Shown: positions 39,701 through 49,652 of the stretch, piece by piece
Layout of the letters: every line of letters starts with the position of its first letter
Position numbering within the stretch: the first letter of the stretch is position 1
Source: a virus
Reading direction: 5' to 3' (one strand)
Length of the DNA: 64,000 nt
Virus record (IMG/VR): IMGVR_UViG_3300017735_002163
Span: 19,377-83,376 of that record
Notes under the pieces: model-generated
Seen by the model: the letters and a program-made list of their open reading frames with translations, nothing else
Database searches by the model: none
What the model was told of the DNA's origin: nothing
Program-made: the position numbers and the translations under genes

Positions 39701-41041
39701 ACCTGATCCTGCGCCTACGCTTTCAATGTCACCTGCGTCATTAGTAAAACTAAATACACCAGTTGAGCTATCGTATGCTAAATCGCCACTTGCACTAAAG
39801 TGTGCTCTTGTCTCTGCCGCACTTGGTCCTGTGTAAGTAATTACACCAGTTGAACTATTGTATGCCGCACTACCATCACCACCTGCATCTGTTACACTAA
39901 TAAGTGCTCTTGCAGTTGAATCTGTAAGCATGTTTTGATAAGTTGTACCATCGTTTGTAAATGCCCATGAACCTTCTGACTCGTCCCATTTTAGGAATAC
40001 GTCTGCACTTGAGGCTCTGTCTACTTGGAAACCTGTGTCTAATGCACTACCAGTTCCAGCATTTAATAAAATAATTTCATCTGCAATTTCTAATGCACTA
40101 CCTGAACTTGTTAGTGTACCAGTAATTTCCATATTACCTGAGAATGTTTTGTTACCTGCTAACGTTTGGTTACCAGTTGTTCTCATTACAGTACTGTCAA
40201 CAGCAATTGTACCAGTACTAATATCAATACCTGATCCACCGTTAAAGTGAGCTCTTACCTCTGCGGCACTTGGACCTGTGTAAGTAATTACACCATTGTC
40301 TAATGCTAATGAGCCATCGCCGCCTGCATCAGTAACACTTAAGAAAGTTAATGCATCTACATAACCTTTGCTTGCCGCATCACCATCTGCTACTGGAGTA
40401 GAGATATTGTTAATATGGTTGCTGTCTAAATTAACATTTGAACCAAACTTAACACCACCTGCTGAAGTAATTGATTTGTTTGCTGTTAAAACAACATCTG
40501 TTTTCAGTTGGATGTCACCACCTGATGTTAATTCAATATCACCTGTTCCTGTTGAAACAATGCTAATATTTTGGTTGGCGTCTGCACTAAACTGAATAGT
40601 ACCTGAGTTATCAGATAATACTTGTTGTCCGTTAACGTATAAAGATCCCGGACCAACGTATATGTCTCGCCATTGTTTTGTTTCAGAACCTAAGTCGTAT
40701 GTAACGTCTGCATTAGGTATAATGTGTCCTGAGAACGCACCTCCACCTAAGAAACTTTGTACACCGCTTGTAAAAGTTGCTGAAGAAGTATCAAGTGCAA
40801 TAGTGGCCGATCCTGCGTCTGCTCCACCACTTAAACCTGAGCCTGCTACAACGGCAGTAATATCACCTGTTGCCGCCGCTACTACTTCTGAATTTTTTGC
40901 AAGTCTGTGACCACCTGCTGTTGTACCATCATGTACTATGACGGTATTGTTAGTTGTATCGATCGTAATCTCACCCGCTAATCCGGTAAAACTACCGTGT
41001 TGCGTCGAGGTACCTCGTCTTCTTTGAATTGCTGTTGCCAT
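36758..41041 (-). CDS. long fibre-like virion protein, 1427 aa
   Basis: Mtd-N-like start (IQRRRGT...GEITIDT...VHDG); many DAGGDGSLAYNSSTGVITYTGPS repeats; C-terminal YADLAE...GRVPVKV chaperone-like domain. Confidence 0.85.
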   Translation of the reverse strand: MATAIQRRRGTSTQHGSFTGLAGEITIDTTNNTVIVHDGTTAGGHRLAKNSEVVAAATGDITAVVAGSGLSGGADAGSATIALDTSSATFTSGVQSFLGGGAFSGHIIPNADVTYDLGSETKQWRDIYVGPGSLYVNGQQVLSDNSGTIQFSADANQNISIVSTGTGDIELTSGGDIQLKTDVVLTANKSITSAGGVKFGSNVNLDSNHINNISTPVADGDAASKGYVDALTFLSVTDAGGDGSLALDNGVITYTGPSAAEVRAHFNGGSGIDISTGTIAVDSTVMRTTGNQTLAGNKTFSGNMEITGTLTSSGSALEIADEIILLNAGTGSALDTGFQVDRASSADVFLKWDESEGSWAFTNDGTTYQNMLTDSTARALISVTDAGGDGSAAYNSSTGVITYTGPSAAETRAHFSASGDLAYDSSTGVFSFTNDAGDIESVGAGSGLTGGGTAGAVTLNIGEGNGITVDADEISLDESYAKGLISVTDAGGDGSLAYNSTSGVITYTGPSASEVRAHISAGTGITVTDGAIATTITQYTDALARASISAGGNLAYNSTTGVMSYTTPTMYADADARSAISVTDAGGDGSLAYNSSTGVITYTGPSAAQVRAHVSAGDGLDVSSGSFSVDNTVVRTSGTQTVAGAKTFSDNIIVNGNLTINGTQTTVNTETLTVDDNIIVLNNNASGSPTANAGIEIERGDATNVQLLWDESNDRWAVSTDFVATTFRGAVVGNVTGDVTGDVTGDVTGTVSSIANHSTSNLSEGTNQYHTTARARAAISASGDLAYNSTTGVISYSEPTMYADADARGAISVTDNGGDGALAYNSTTGVISYTGPSAAQVRNHFSGGAGITLSSGVISLTDPNFITGVVAGTGLSGGATSGTATLNVSGLTISEFAGATIQLSTESFADNDTTLMTSAAVQDKILSYGYSTTVGDITNVSAGSGLTGGGSSGSVSLALADTAASVGSFGDAGTVSTFTVDAKGRLTASGEVSISIGASQIASGTIASARLPDLTVGDFAGAAIQLSSEAFSDSDTVLMTAKAVADKIEAYGYSTTVGDITNVSAGNGLTGGGSSGSVSLALSDSHVRGLVSGGTGVTYNSSTGVISLTDTGYLTGITVGTGLDGGGTSGTPSITLDLSELTDMTADVSGANDELILLDSGAERKKAIGEFKLSQFNNDSGWTSNVGDITGVTAGTHLSGGGSSGSVTLSVSTGAVANGGTSIPTGNDVYDHVTGRISGLTGNVGDITAVVAGSYLTGGASSGSATLNVNATSANTASTVVARDGSGNFSAGVVSATATTARYADLAENYSADAVYDAGTVVVFGGDAEITECAGDEDYRVAGVVSTDPAYLMNSELAGGTPVALCGRVPVKVVGPIGKGDLLVTSGIPGRAKGADPENVKSGTIIGKAISENEDGNGVVEALINLQ
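38795..38841. repeat. 12-bp tandem repeat (ACCAGTTACATC, ~4 copies) encoding G-N/D-V-T repeats
   Basis: Read directly from the sequence. Confidence 0.9.
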
Positions 41042-41099
41042 TACTTTCCCCTAAAAGTATTAGTTTACTATAGATATATTTATCTAAATCTAAAATTTT

Positions 41100-42473
41100 T
41101 CACCTTATTAAAACCAGTTCCATCTCATCTGATAAATCTTTGATCTTTATCCAGTTTTTGTTTAAAACTTGTCCTTTAAAAATAGGTATGGTTCCTAAAA
41201 CACAAACCATTGCCCATCCCTGTCTGTCTTGTCTGCCTTCGTATTCTTGTGCATATTCATATGCAGAATTCACTAAAGGTCTTTTCATCTCGTTACCATC
41301 TTCGTCTGTTTCTATAATACATGCATTCTCTGGTAATGCAAATTTAGGATCAAGTCCGTCTTTATAAAAACTTTTCATTGTAGAAGTTTCTGCTTCCATC
41401 CATTCTACAATTTCATATGCCTGCTCAGCTCGTTTGCCATGCAAGTCTTGAAAATATTTATTTCGCCAATGATTCCATTTTGCATTACTGGCTAATGCTG
41501 ATCTCTCAACTATCACACCAAGTATTGCATCACTGTCATCGTCCGCTACTCTAATTTTTCCTTCCTTTGTAACAGTTACCGTAAATCCGTTCCTGTCTTC
41601 GCCTCTGGCATTTCCATCTTCCCATTCAAAAAATTCTGAATATCCTGATGCATTATTAAATAATGTGCCTCCTGCAAAAACATCACCTTGTCCGTTGACT
41701 TTAAATGTTTCTGTCTTAAGATCGTTTTCACCAACGTTACTATTAACACTGATTGCTTTCCAACCTTTGTTTTCTCCTGGATTAGCATCAATTTTTAATA
41801 CTGATCCTGTGAAATCTTTTGACGGTACTTCTATGTTCATCACATCGCCGTCTGCTTGTTTGTGGTACACACTTAATGTTTCGTTGTTGTTCTTTTTAAA
41901 CTTGTTAATACCAAGAGAACCATCACTAAACACATTAAACCCTTGACGATTCATTCTACTAACTGCTCTTAGAGAAAAACTTTTATCGTCATCACCATCA
42001 CTTTCAATTAATACACCCCTGGTAACGCCATCGCCTACACTGGGCAGTATTGCTTCACTGCTGTAGTTTGCACACTTAAAGTGGGCACTACCTCTACCAA
42101 AACTTCTTGGAGCTCTGGTACCGGAACCTAATTGTCCGTTTTTACCAATCATTAAGATCGGATCTCCTTCTTTAGCAAACATTAATCCATCTAAGTTTGC
42201 TTCTATTGAAAACTGGTGTTCACTGGTAAGTGTAATTTTCTCTCTACGTTGCTCACTTGCAGAATTAATCTTGCCTAATGCAACTTGAAGTTTACCTTCT
42301 ATCTCACCTGAGAACTTATTCATTTCAGTTACCATATCGGCAACTTGTTCTGTTAATTGTGCTTCTACCTGCTTTGTAATTTTTTCTGTTACTTCGGCAG
42401 TGATTTTTTCTATGTCTATTTTATCTACTTTTTGTGCTAACGATAATTCTATATTTTGTTTTGCCTTTGGCAT
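41100..42473 (-). CDS. fibre-associated protein with peptidase G2-like intramolecular chaperone C-terminus
   Basis: N-terminal coiled coil; YSEFFEWEDGN...Y..R..R..W..V..LG pattern. Confidence 0.7.
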   Translation of the reverse strand: MPKAKQNIELSLAQKVDKIDIEKITAEVTEKITKQVEAQLTEQVADMVTEMNKFSGEIEGKLQVALGKINSASEQRREKITLTSEHQFSIEANLDGLMFAKEGDPILMIGKNGQLGSGTRAPRSFGRGSAHFKCANYSSEAILPSVGDGVTRGVLIESDGDDDKSFSLRAVSRMNRQGFNVFSDGSLGINKFKKNNNETLSVYHKQADGDVMNIEVPSKDFTGSVLKIDANPGENKGWKAISVNSNVGENDLKTETFKVNGQGDVFAGGTLFNNASGYSEFFEWEDGNARGEDRNGFTVTVTKEGKIRVADDDSDAILGVIVERSALASNAKWNHWRNKYFQDLHGKRAEQAYEIVEWMEAETSTMKSFYKDGLDPKFALPENACIIETDEDGNEMKRPLVNSAYEYAQEYEGRQDRQGWAMVCVLGTIPIFKGQVLNKNWIKIKDLSDEMELVLIR

Positions 42474-42493
42474 GTGTGTGTCCTATTAAAATA

Positions 42494-43444
42494 TTATGAG
42501 CTAATAACTGCTCTGTCTGTGATTCTTCTCCAATCAGTGCCATCGTAAAAAGCCATTGTAGCACCCCCTGTCTCGTTACTTACAAATATCATATCACCTG
42601 GATTGATATATGTTAATGCATTTGCTTCAGCAACTGTGTAACTATCATGAGATGTTGGTTGTCTATCATCGACTGTGACTACACCATAATCAACTACAAT
42701 GTTTGCCGCTTGTGTAATGCTACCATAGTCTTCTACGTGACTAAATGAGCCCATAACATCTAAGTTTGTAACTTGCAAAGTATTTGTACTGTCATCAAAT
42801 GTAAAATCAGCATCGCCTGATAATACGCCACTCTTATTATATTGTACTTGAGTTGTTGAACCGCCTACGCCGCCTGCATCTGTAAAGGAAAGTGTTCCGC
42901 TACCATCTGTTTTAATAACTTGCCCTGCTGTTCCATCTGCTGTAGGCAAATTGTAAGTATTATTAATAGTGATTGAAGAACCATCTACTTTAAATACCTC
43001 AGAGCTATTACTTGCATTGTATACTTTAAATATTGGATTGTTGCCGGAGTTGTTATCTACTACTCTGATAACACTGGCTGAGCCGTTGCTGTGTTTTAAA
43101 TCTAAATAGGCTCCGCTGTATTGTAAACTTGGGTTGGTACCTAATCTTAAATTACCATTTACAAATAATCTTTCATTTGAACTCGTTGAACCGATGGACA
43201 CGGTGTCATTGGCTGAGTCAACACTTAACGTACCGTTGTCAACTAATAGGGTACTTAAACTTTCTCCTACTGGTTTCCAGCCGCTGTTATATATTTTTAA
43301 AGTGCTGTTATCAGAGTCTATCCAAAGGTCGCCAGCAGATAAATCACTGGATGGTTGTGTGCCTGTAGATATTTTGCTACCACTTGACTTTCCGATCTTA
43401 AATTCAGAAGTAGTGGTACCTTTAAAATTACCAAAAATCGCCAT
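42494..43444 (-). CDS. fibre-like virion protein, 316 aa
   Basis: GDLWIDS, LPTADGTAGQVIKTDGSG, QVQYN, YDGTDW motifs. Confidence 0.75.
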   Translation of the reverse strand: MAIFGNFKGTTTSEFKIGKSSGSKISTGTQPSSDLSAGDLWIDSDNSTLKIYNSGWKPVGESLSTLLVDNGTLSVDSANDTVSIGSTSSNERLFVNGNLRLGTNPSLQYSGAYLDLKHSNGSASVIRVVDNNSGNNPIFKVYNASNSSEVFKVDGSSITINNTYNLPTADGTAGQVIKTDGSGTLSFTDAGGVGGSTTQVQYNKSGVLSGDADFTFDDSTNTLQVTNLDVMGSFSHVEDYGSITQAANIVVDYGVVTVDDRQPTSHDSYTVAEANALTYINPGDMIFVSNETGGATMAFYDGTDWRRITDRAVISS

Positions 43445-43556
43445 ATTGTCCTCGGTTAGTTCAATGTCTTAAACATTGTCAGTATCACGCGATACTGTCT
43501 TCGCCGTTACAAGTATTTATCACTATTAAATGATTGCTGTGGGATAGGGTAGAATT

Positions 43557-46500
43557 TTAAACTAAAACTTCAATAATGCCTGGAGCGGCTTCTGTTTTTG
43601 TTTCTAAAGCAATTCCAATGATTTGTAGAGAACTTAAAGAATGTGCCATTGCGCCTACCATTGCATGTCCTGGTAGATCACTTGTAATTAATACATCACC
43701 TTTGTTTACGTTGCCAACAACTTTACATGGCACTCTACCACGTAATGCTACTGCTACACCTTGTGATTCGGCATTCATTAAATATGCTGGGTCTGTGGAA
43801 ACAACACCGGCAACTCTATAACTGCCTGGATTGTCTGTTACTGTTACTTCTGCTTCGCCACCTACTATAACAACTGTGCCTGGATCATAACTGGCATCTG
43901 CTGTGTACATTTCTGCCAAATCCGCATAACGTGCCGCTGTTGCTGTTGCTGTAATAACACCTGCACTAAAGTTACCGCTTCCATCTCTGGCTACAATTTT
44001 ATTTGCTGTATTGGCTGATGTGGCTTGAACGTCTATATCGTCTGCATTAACAGTTATATAATCACCTGCGCCAACTGTTAAAGTAACTGCACCTGATGTG
44101 CCTCCGCCTGATAAACCGGCACCGGCAGTTACACTTGTGATATCACCAACGTTACTTGTCCAACCACCATAGTTACCAAGGTCGTTATTAAAGTCACTTA
44201 GTGTAATTTCACCAATTAGTTTTCTTCTTTCTGCGCCATTGTCAAGTAGGATAAGTTCATCTTGTGTACCAACAACTGCCGCTGTCATATCAGTAAGTTC
44301 TGATAAATCTAAAGTAATACTTGGAGTTGTAGTTGCATTACTTACATCTAAACCTGTGCCAACACTTACACTTGTTACTGTGCCTACTGTGTCGGAGTCT
44401 GTGAAACTGAATACACCAGTTGAGCTGTTATATGAAATGTCGCCACTTGCACTAAACAATCCTTTAATATAAGTATCGTCTGTTGTTATCTCGTCTGCCG
44501 CTACAGATATACCATTTCCGCCTGCAACATTAAGTGTTCTTGTTGTGGTTATATCACCACCGCCTGTTAAACCGGCGCCTGCTGTAATGCTTACCGAACT
44601 GTGATCAACGTGTTCATTTGCTACAAAGCCACTTAAACTATCATGTACAATTTGACTGTCGTTTGTGCTGATAGCACCTGATAATTGATTAAACGAAATA
44701 CCAGTTCCTGAACTTAGGTCGCCTCTGGTGTCACTTGCACTTGGACCTGTGTAAGTAATTACACCAGTTGAGCTGTTATAAGCAAGGCTTCCATGGCCGC
44801 CTGTATCACTAACACTGATTAAACCTCGCACTTCTGCATCTGTTCTTTCAGTTGGAGTAGTGTAACTTATAACACCTGTTGTGCTGTTATATGCTAAGTC
44901 ACCACTTGCACTAATTGCCGCTCTGGCTCTTGTGTTTGTAAACCATAAATTAATAGGTGAACCGTCTTCGTCTATATCGTCTGTGCTTAAAGTTATTGCA
45001 CCAGTCTCACCATTAACACTGGTTACTGGAGCAGTTGCGGCTGAGAAACTGATAACACCTGTTGAGCTGTTATAAGAGATATCGCCACTTGCACTAAGTA
45101 AGGCACGTACTTCAGCATCTGTTCTTTCTGTTGGGGTAGTGTAACTTATAACACCAGTAGTATTGTTGTATGCTAAGTCGCCACCTGCACTTATTAATGT
45201 TCTAATATGAGCATCATCTGTGCCAATGCTATCAGCCGCTACACTTATACCTGTGCCAGCGCCTATATTTAATGTTACCTGTCCTGAGTTGCCGCCACCT
45301 GTTAAACCTGAGCCTGCCGCAACACCTGTGATGTCAGCAGGGTTATCGTTTGAAATAGTAACTGTGTCGCCGGAGTTAGTAACAGTTATATTTGTGCCAC
45401 CTGTTAATATTAACGAATCTCCGCTTGTGATAGGAGCCGATGCTCCTGGACCTGATTCTGTTTGCACTGACCAACTTGAATAGTTATCTGCTGTGGTTGT
45501 TATTACACCAGTTGAGCTGTTATAACTTACTAATCCACTTGCACTGATTGAACCTCTGATGTAGGACTGGTCTGCATTTAATGTTACTGCACCTGATGTA
45601 CCACCTCCAGTTAAACCTGTTCCTGCTGTGACACTTTCTATGTCACCTGCGTCATTGGTAAAACTGAATGTACCTGTTGTGCTGTTATAACTTAAATCTC
45701 CACTTGCACTAAAGGCGCCTCTGATTGCACTGATGTCTGCATCAATTGAAACTGTGTTAGTGTCAGATGTAATAGTTGTATATGTTCCGTCGTTAATGCC
45801 TTTGATACCGTGGTATAAATTACCACCACTTGATCTTTGACCTGAATACAGTTCGTGTGTGCTTGAACCTGTTATACCAGGATTAGCATAAGTTTGACCT
45901 GAACTGGATTCTTCTACATATCCAACACTGCCTGCTGGAGTAATTTGTTTCTTAGTACCATTGACATATACCCATGCCTCATTGGAGTCTGTGAATATTG
46001 CTCCTGCATCTGTTACGTCAGTGGTTGGTAAAATTAATTTACCTGTGAATGTTTTAGTACCTGCTAAACTTTGATCACCTGTTGTTCTTATAACTGTGCT
46101 GTCAACTTCGATGTCATTTGCATTTGCTGTAATACCATCTCCGCCAATAACATTTAATGTTCTACTTGTGGTTATATCACCGCCACCAGTTAAACCAGTA
46201 CCTGCTGTGATATCTACTGCTGAATGGTCCACGTGTTCATTTGCTACAAAACCATCTAAACTGTCATGTTGTATTTCACTTTCTACAGCCTGGAATGCTC
46301 CTGTTGAACTATTGTAGTCAACGCCATTACTTGCACTAAAATGTGCTCTAACATTACTTGCTGAATCGTCTATCCTTGCTTGTACTTCTGCAAGGCTTGG
46401 TCCTGTATAAGTAAATACACCTGATGTACTGTTGTAAGCAAGACTTCCGTCGCCACCACTATCTGTAACACTAAAGTGTGTTCTTGTTTCTGCGGCACTT

Positions 46501-48374
46501 GGACCGGTGTAACTAATAATACCCGAAGTGCTGTTATAACTAATAGAGCCATCGCCACTTACATTGTTAGAACTGATGTGAGCTCTTACTTCTGCTGGGC
46601 TTGGACCTGTGTAAGTAATTACACCTGTGGGTGCATCATAACTTAAACTGCCGTCTCCGCCTCCATCACTAACACTAACAAGCGATCTTATTTCGCTGTT
46701 GTCTGCTGTGAAGGCACCTGTACTACTATTATAATTAATACCACTACTTGCACTAAAATCTGTTAGCAATAATATATCTTTATCAGATGCACCGTCGTTG
46801 CTAAACTGCCATCTGCTTGAACCTGTGTCCCATTTTAAATATGGATCGCTACCGGTTGCTACAACATAAATGTGTGCATCGCCATTACCTGCGGCGCCTG
46901 ATCGCATTGTGATACTTGTATCTTCTACAAGTAAATCTACTTGGGTTAAACTGTTAAATTCACCAGTAACATTTAAGTCGCCTGTGACTGTGAAGCCTGG
47001 TACTGTTGCACTGCTTAAATCTACACTGCCTGTAAATGTTTTGATGCCAGCAATACTTTGATTGCCTGTTGTTCTTACTACTGAAGTGTCAACATCTATG
47101 ACACCACTTGCTAAGTCAATGCCGTCACCACCGCTAAAGTGGGCTCTAACATTACTTGCTGAATTATCTATTCTTGCTTGTACTTGTGCTAAACTTGGAC
47201 CTGTGTAAGTAATAACACCTGTTCCTGAGTTATATGCTAAACTTCCGTCTCCACCAGCATCAGTAACACTGATATGAGCTCTTGTTTCTGCGGCACTTGT
47301 TCCTACAAATGTTATAACACCTGTTGTACTATTGTATGACAATGAGCCATCGTTTCCTGCTGTATCGTCAACACTGATGTGAGCTCTTACTTCACTTGCA
47401 CTTGGACCGGTATATGTGAATGCACCTGTTGAGCTGTTATATGCTAAACTTCCATCACCGCCTGTGTCATTAACAGCCAATAATGCTCTACTGGCACTGT
47501 CAAAGTCTGTGATATGGTTATGAGGTATATTGATTTCTACTTCTGAAATTGCAGTAACTTGACCACGTGAATTGACTTGCGTTCTGGAAACGTGTGTAGC
47601 ATCTCCGTATGTGCCTGGCGTATCGCCGAGTACATTATCAGTGATACTGATATCACCTGTACTTGAACTATATGTTATTCCTGTGCCACCTGTGAAGTGA
47701 GCTCTTGTTTCACTTGCACTTGGGCCTGTATAAGTAATTACACCCGATGCATATGAAAGAGAACCATCGCCACCTGTGTCATTTGCACTAAAAAATCCTT
47801 CGACTACAGATTCTAAATCATTAACTTGTGATGATGCAATATCTATTGTTGTATTAGATGCTGATGTTAACTGTCCACCTGCATTAACTGTAAAAGTAGG
47901 CACTGCTGATGCAGTACCATAATTGCCTGCTGTTACTCCTGTAGCACTGAATACAGTTGCTATGTTTATTGAGTCGCCGGCATTTTGTAAATCGTATGAT
48001 GTAGAACTAACTGCACCTGATACTTGAACTGAAAAAGGAGAAGATAAGGAATCTGCCGCTGTTGCTGTTCCTGTTAAGTTGGCTTCTACTGTAGGTGCTA
48101 CTATTGTTTTATCTATGACAAGTTTGTTGGTTGCACTTTGGTATGTTAATACACCGTATCCGGCGCCTGATCTTAACTTTAATGTTGCGTCTGTGGCTAC
48201 GTCATCTTTGTCGAAGCCATCACTGTTGATAATGAAGGTTTCACCTTCAAACTTTGTTTCGCTGTATGTTACAGTATTGGTATATTGTCTTTGCTCAATA
48301 TTACCTTCAATGATCAGTCGACCCTGAACTATTAGTTCTTCGTCTGCATTTATATATGTTCTTTTATTTGCCAT
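43557..48374 (-). CDS. long fibre-like virion protein, 1605 aa (paralog of 36758-41041)
   Basis: Same YNSSTGVITYTGPS repeats and C-terminal YADLAE...GRVPCKV domain; directly after major capsid. Confidence 0.85.
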   Translation of the reverse strand: MANKRTYINADEELIVQGRLIIEGNIEQRQYTNTVTYSETKFEGETFIINSDGFDKDDVATDATLKLRSGAGYGVLTYQSATNKLVIDKTIVAPTVEANLTGTATAADSLSSPFSVQVSGAVSSTSYDLQNAGDSINIATVFSATGVTAGNYGTASAVPTFTVNAGGQLTSASNTTIDIASSQVNDLESVVEGFFSANDTGGDGSLSYASGVITYTGPSASETRAHFTGGTGITYSSSTGDISITDNVLGDTPGTYGDATHVSRTQVNSRGQVTAISEVEINIPHNHITDFDSASRALLAVNDTGGDGSLAYNSSTGAFTYTGPSASEVRAHISVDDTAGNDGSLSYNSTTGVITFVGTSAAETRAHISVTDAGGDGSLAYNSGTGVITYTGPSLAQVQARIDNSASNVRAHFSGGDGIDLASGVIDVDTSVVRTTGNQSIAGIKTFTGSVDLSSATVPGFTVTGDLNVTGEFNSLTQVDLLVEDTSITMRSGAAGNGDAHIYVVATGSDPYLKWDTGSSRWQFSNDGASDKDILLLTDFSASSGINYNSSTGAFTADNSEIRSLVSVSDGGGDGSLSYDAPTGVITYTGPSPAEVRAHISSNNVSGDGSISYNSTSGIISYTGPSAAETRTHFSVTDSGGDGSLAYNSTSGVFTYTGPSLAEVQARIDDSASNVRAHFSASNGVDYNSSTGAFQAVESEIQHDSLDGFVANEHVDHSAVDITAGTGLTGGGDITTSRTLNVIGGDGITANANDIEVDSTVIRTTGDQSLAGTKTFTGKLILPTTDVTDAGAIFTDSNEAWVYVNGTKKQITPAGSVGYVEESSSGQTYANPGITGSSTHELYSGQRSSGGNLYHGIKGINDGTYTTITSDTNTVSIDADISAIRGAFSASGDLSYNSTTGTFSFTNDAGDIESVTAGTGLTGGGTSGAVTLNADQSYIRGSISASGLVSYNSSTGVITTTADNYSSWSVQTESGPGASAPITSGDSLILTGGTNITVTNSGDTVTISNDNPADITGVAAGSGLTGGGNSGQVTLNIGAGTGISVAADSIGTDDAHIRTLISAGGDLAYNNTTGVISYTTPTERTDAEVRALLSASGDISYNSSTGVISFSAATAPVTSVNGETGAITLSTDDIDEDGSPINLWFTNTRARAAISASGDLAYNSTTGVISYTTPTERTDAEVRGLISVSDTGGHGSLAYNSSTGVITYTGPSASDTRGDLSSGTGISFNQLSGAISTNDSQIVHDSLSGFVANEHVDHSSVSITAGAGLTGGGDITTTRTLNVAGGNGISVAADEITTDDTYIKGLFSASGDISYNSSTGVFSFTDSDTVGTVTSVSVGTGLDVSNATTTPSITLDLSELTDMTAAVVGTQDELILLDNGAERRKLIGEITLSDFNNDLGNYGGWTSNVGDITSVTAGAGLSGGGTSGAVTLTVGAGDYITVNADDIDVQATSANTANKIVARDGSGNFSAGVITATATAARYADLAEMYTADASYDPGTVVIVGGEAEVTVTDNPGSYRVAGVVSTDPAYLMNAESQGVAVALRGRVPCKVVGNVNKGDVLITSDLPGHAMVGAMAHSLSSLQIIGIALETKTEAAPGIIEVLV

Positions 48375-48440
48375 TTAGTAATCCTACGCCAACAGTTGTC
48401 TTACAACTATTTATCATAATGAAACAAAAGATTTTTCAAT

Positions 48441-48471
48441 CAAAAAAAAGCACTCCGAAGAGTGCTTTTAA
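48441..48471 (-). terminator. intrinsic terminator with C(UUCG)G tetraloop after major capsid
   Basis: GCACTC-TTCG-GAGTGC + T8. Confidence 0.9.
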
Positions 48472-48492
48472 TTTTCTGGTAAGTTTTAAGGC

Positions 48493-49638
48493 TTACTGGA
48501 ATGCTACGTTAGACATGCTAATTGCATCAACGTAATCTGCCGCGTTACCCAATGAACTTGCTGTGTTAGTAAGTTCTTTGTAACCATAACGTGTCATGAA
48601 TGACACTACTGGTTCAAATGTAGCAGGATCCATAACTGGACCTGTGCTCATTAATGGTACGTATGGGCAGTAGAATGCTGGCGCATCAGTTTCGCTTGAA
48701 CCTTTGTAGCCGACAAGTACTTTAGTACCGTCTGCCGCGTAGTTGTCTACGAATACTTTGATTGTTCCATTTAAAGTACCTACAAACTTAGTGTTTGTTG
48801 GAGACTCAAAAGAACCTTCAGTTGTTCTTGCGAACGTTGAAGTTGATGCTGACTGAAGAACAGTTAATGCTTCTGGAGATACTACGATGTAGTTACCAGC
48901 GCCACGTCTTGTTCTTGCCGCTATTCTGTTTGCCGCACGGTTGATTTCGATTGCCAATAATGCATGACGATCACCGACGTATGTAGGAGTATATGCTGAA
49001 CCTAAACCATTAAAGTCTAAAGCCGTACCTGCTCCAGCCAAGTTACGTAAAGAACCGATAATTTCTTGGTCGATTTCTACTACGATTTCTTGTGCTAATG
49101 CCTGCATGATTTCTGCTTCAACGTCTACGCCGTGCATTGCTTCTGCATCTTGAGCCGCCTCAAAAGTCCATCTTGCTGAAAGACGTCTTGTCTTCGCTTC
49201 AACAGTTTCTTTTAAGATTTGAATGCTCATTTTCTTACCTGGTGTTCCCTCAGCCGCCGCTGTGGCGTCTGGGCTACCAGCGTATGAATTAGCAAGTTTG
49301 AAAGGACTTAATGCCTCGTCACCTGCTGTTGCTCCACCACCAGTTTCCGCATAACGGACTCTTAGTGTGTGGATTTGTCCTACTGGACCACTCATTGGTT
49401 GTACACCAACAAGTTCGTTTGCGATCACTGAAGGCATAACCCTTCTGATCAAAGGTAACATTACCTTGTTTAATGTTGCTACTGAACCTGCACCTGTTGC
49501 ACCTGTGGTTGCGGCCTCTGACAATTGACGCTTTGCGTTTTCGAGGACCACGTCCATAGTTTTTTGACGTTGACCACTAAGGCCTTCCATCAATGCATCT
49601 TTGGTTGCGGACCAGTTGCTTTCAAATAAATTTGCCAT
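48493..49638 (-). CDS. gp23: major capsid protein
   Basis: LIRRVMP, GVQPMSGP, AKTRRL..WT.E.AQD, FYCPYVPL, TRYG. Confidence 0.97.
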   Translation of the reverse strand: MANLFESNWSATKDALMEGLSGQRQKTMDVVLENAKRQLSEAATTGATGAGSVATLNKVMLPLIRRVMPSVIANELVGVQPMSGPVGQIHTLRVRYAETGGGATAGDEALSPFKLANSYAGSPDATAAAEGTPGKKMSIQILKETVEAKTRRLSARWTFEAAQDAEAMHGVDVEAEIMQALAQEIVVEIDQEIIGSLRNLAGAGTALDFNGLGSAYTPTYVGDRHALLAIEINRAANRIAARTRRGAGNYIVVSPEALTVLQSASTSTFARTTEGSFESPTNTKFVGTLNGTIKVFVDNYAADGTKVLVGYKGSSETDAPAFYCPYVPLMSTGPVMDPATFEPVVSFMTRYGYKELTNTASSLGNAADYVDAISMSNVAFQ

Positions 49639-49652
49639 TTTTTTGCTCCTGA

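Noticed and set aside
43450-43510. Hammerhead ribozyme or c-di-GMP riboswitch in the fibre leader
   Set aside because: Conserved cores (CUGANGA/GAAA; GEMM tetraloop-receptor) are not matched.
36758-48374. Diversity-generating retroelement acting on the Mtd-N-like fibre
   Set aside because: No reverse transcriptase in the window; the repeats are in-frame coding modules without an obvious adenine-specific mismatch pattern.
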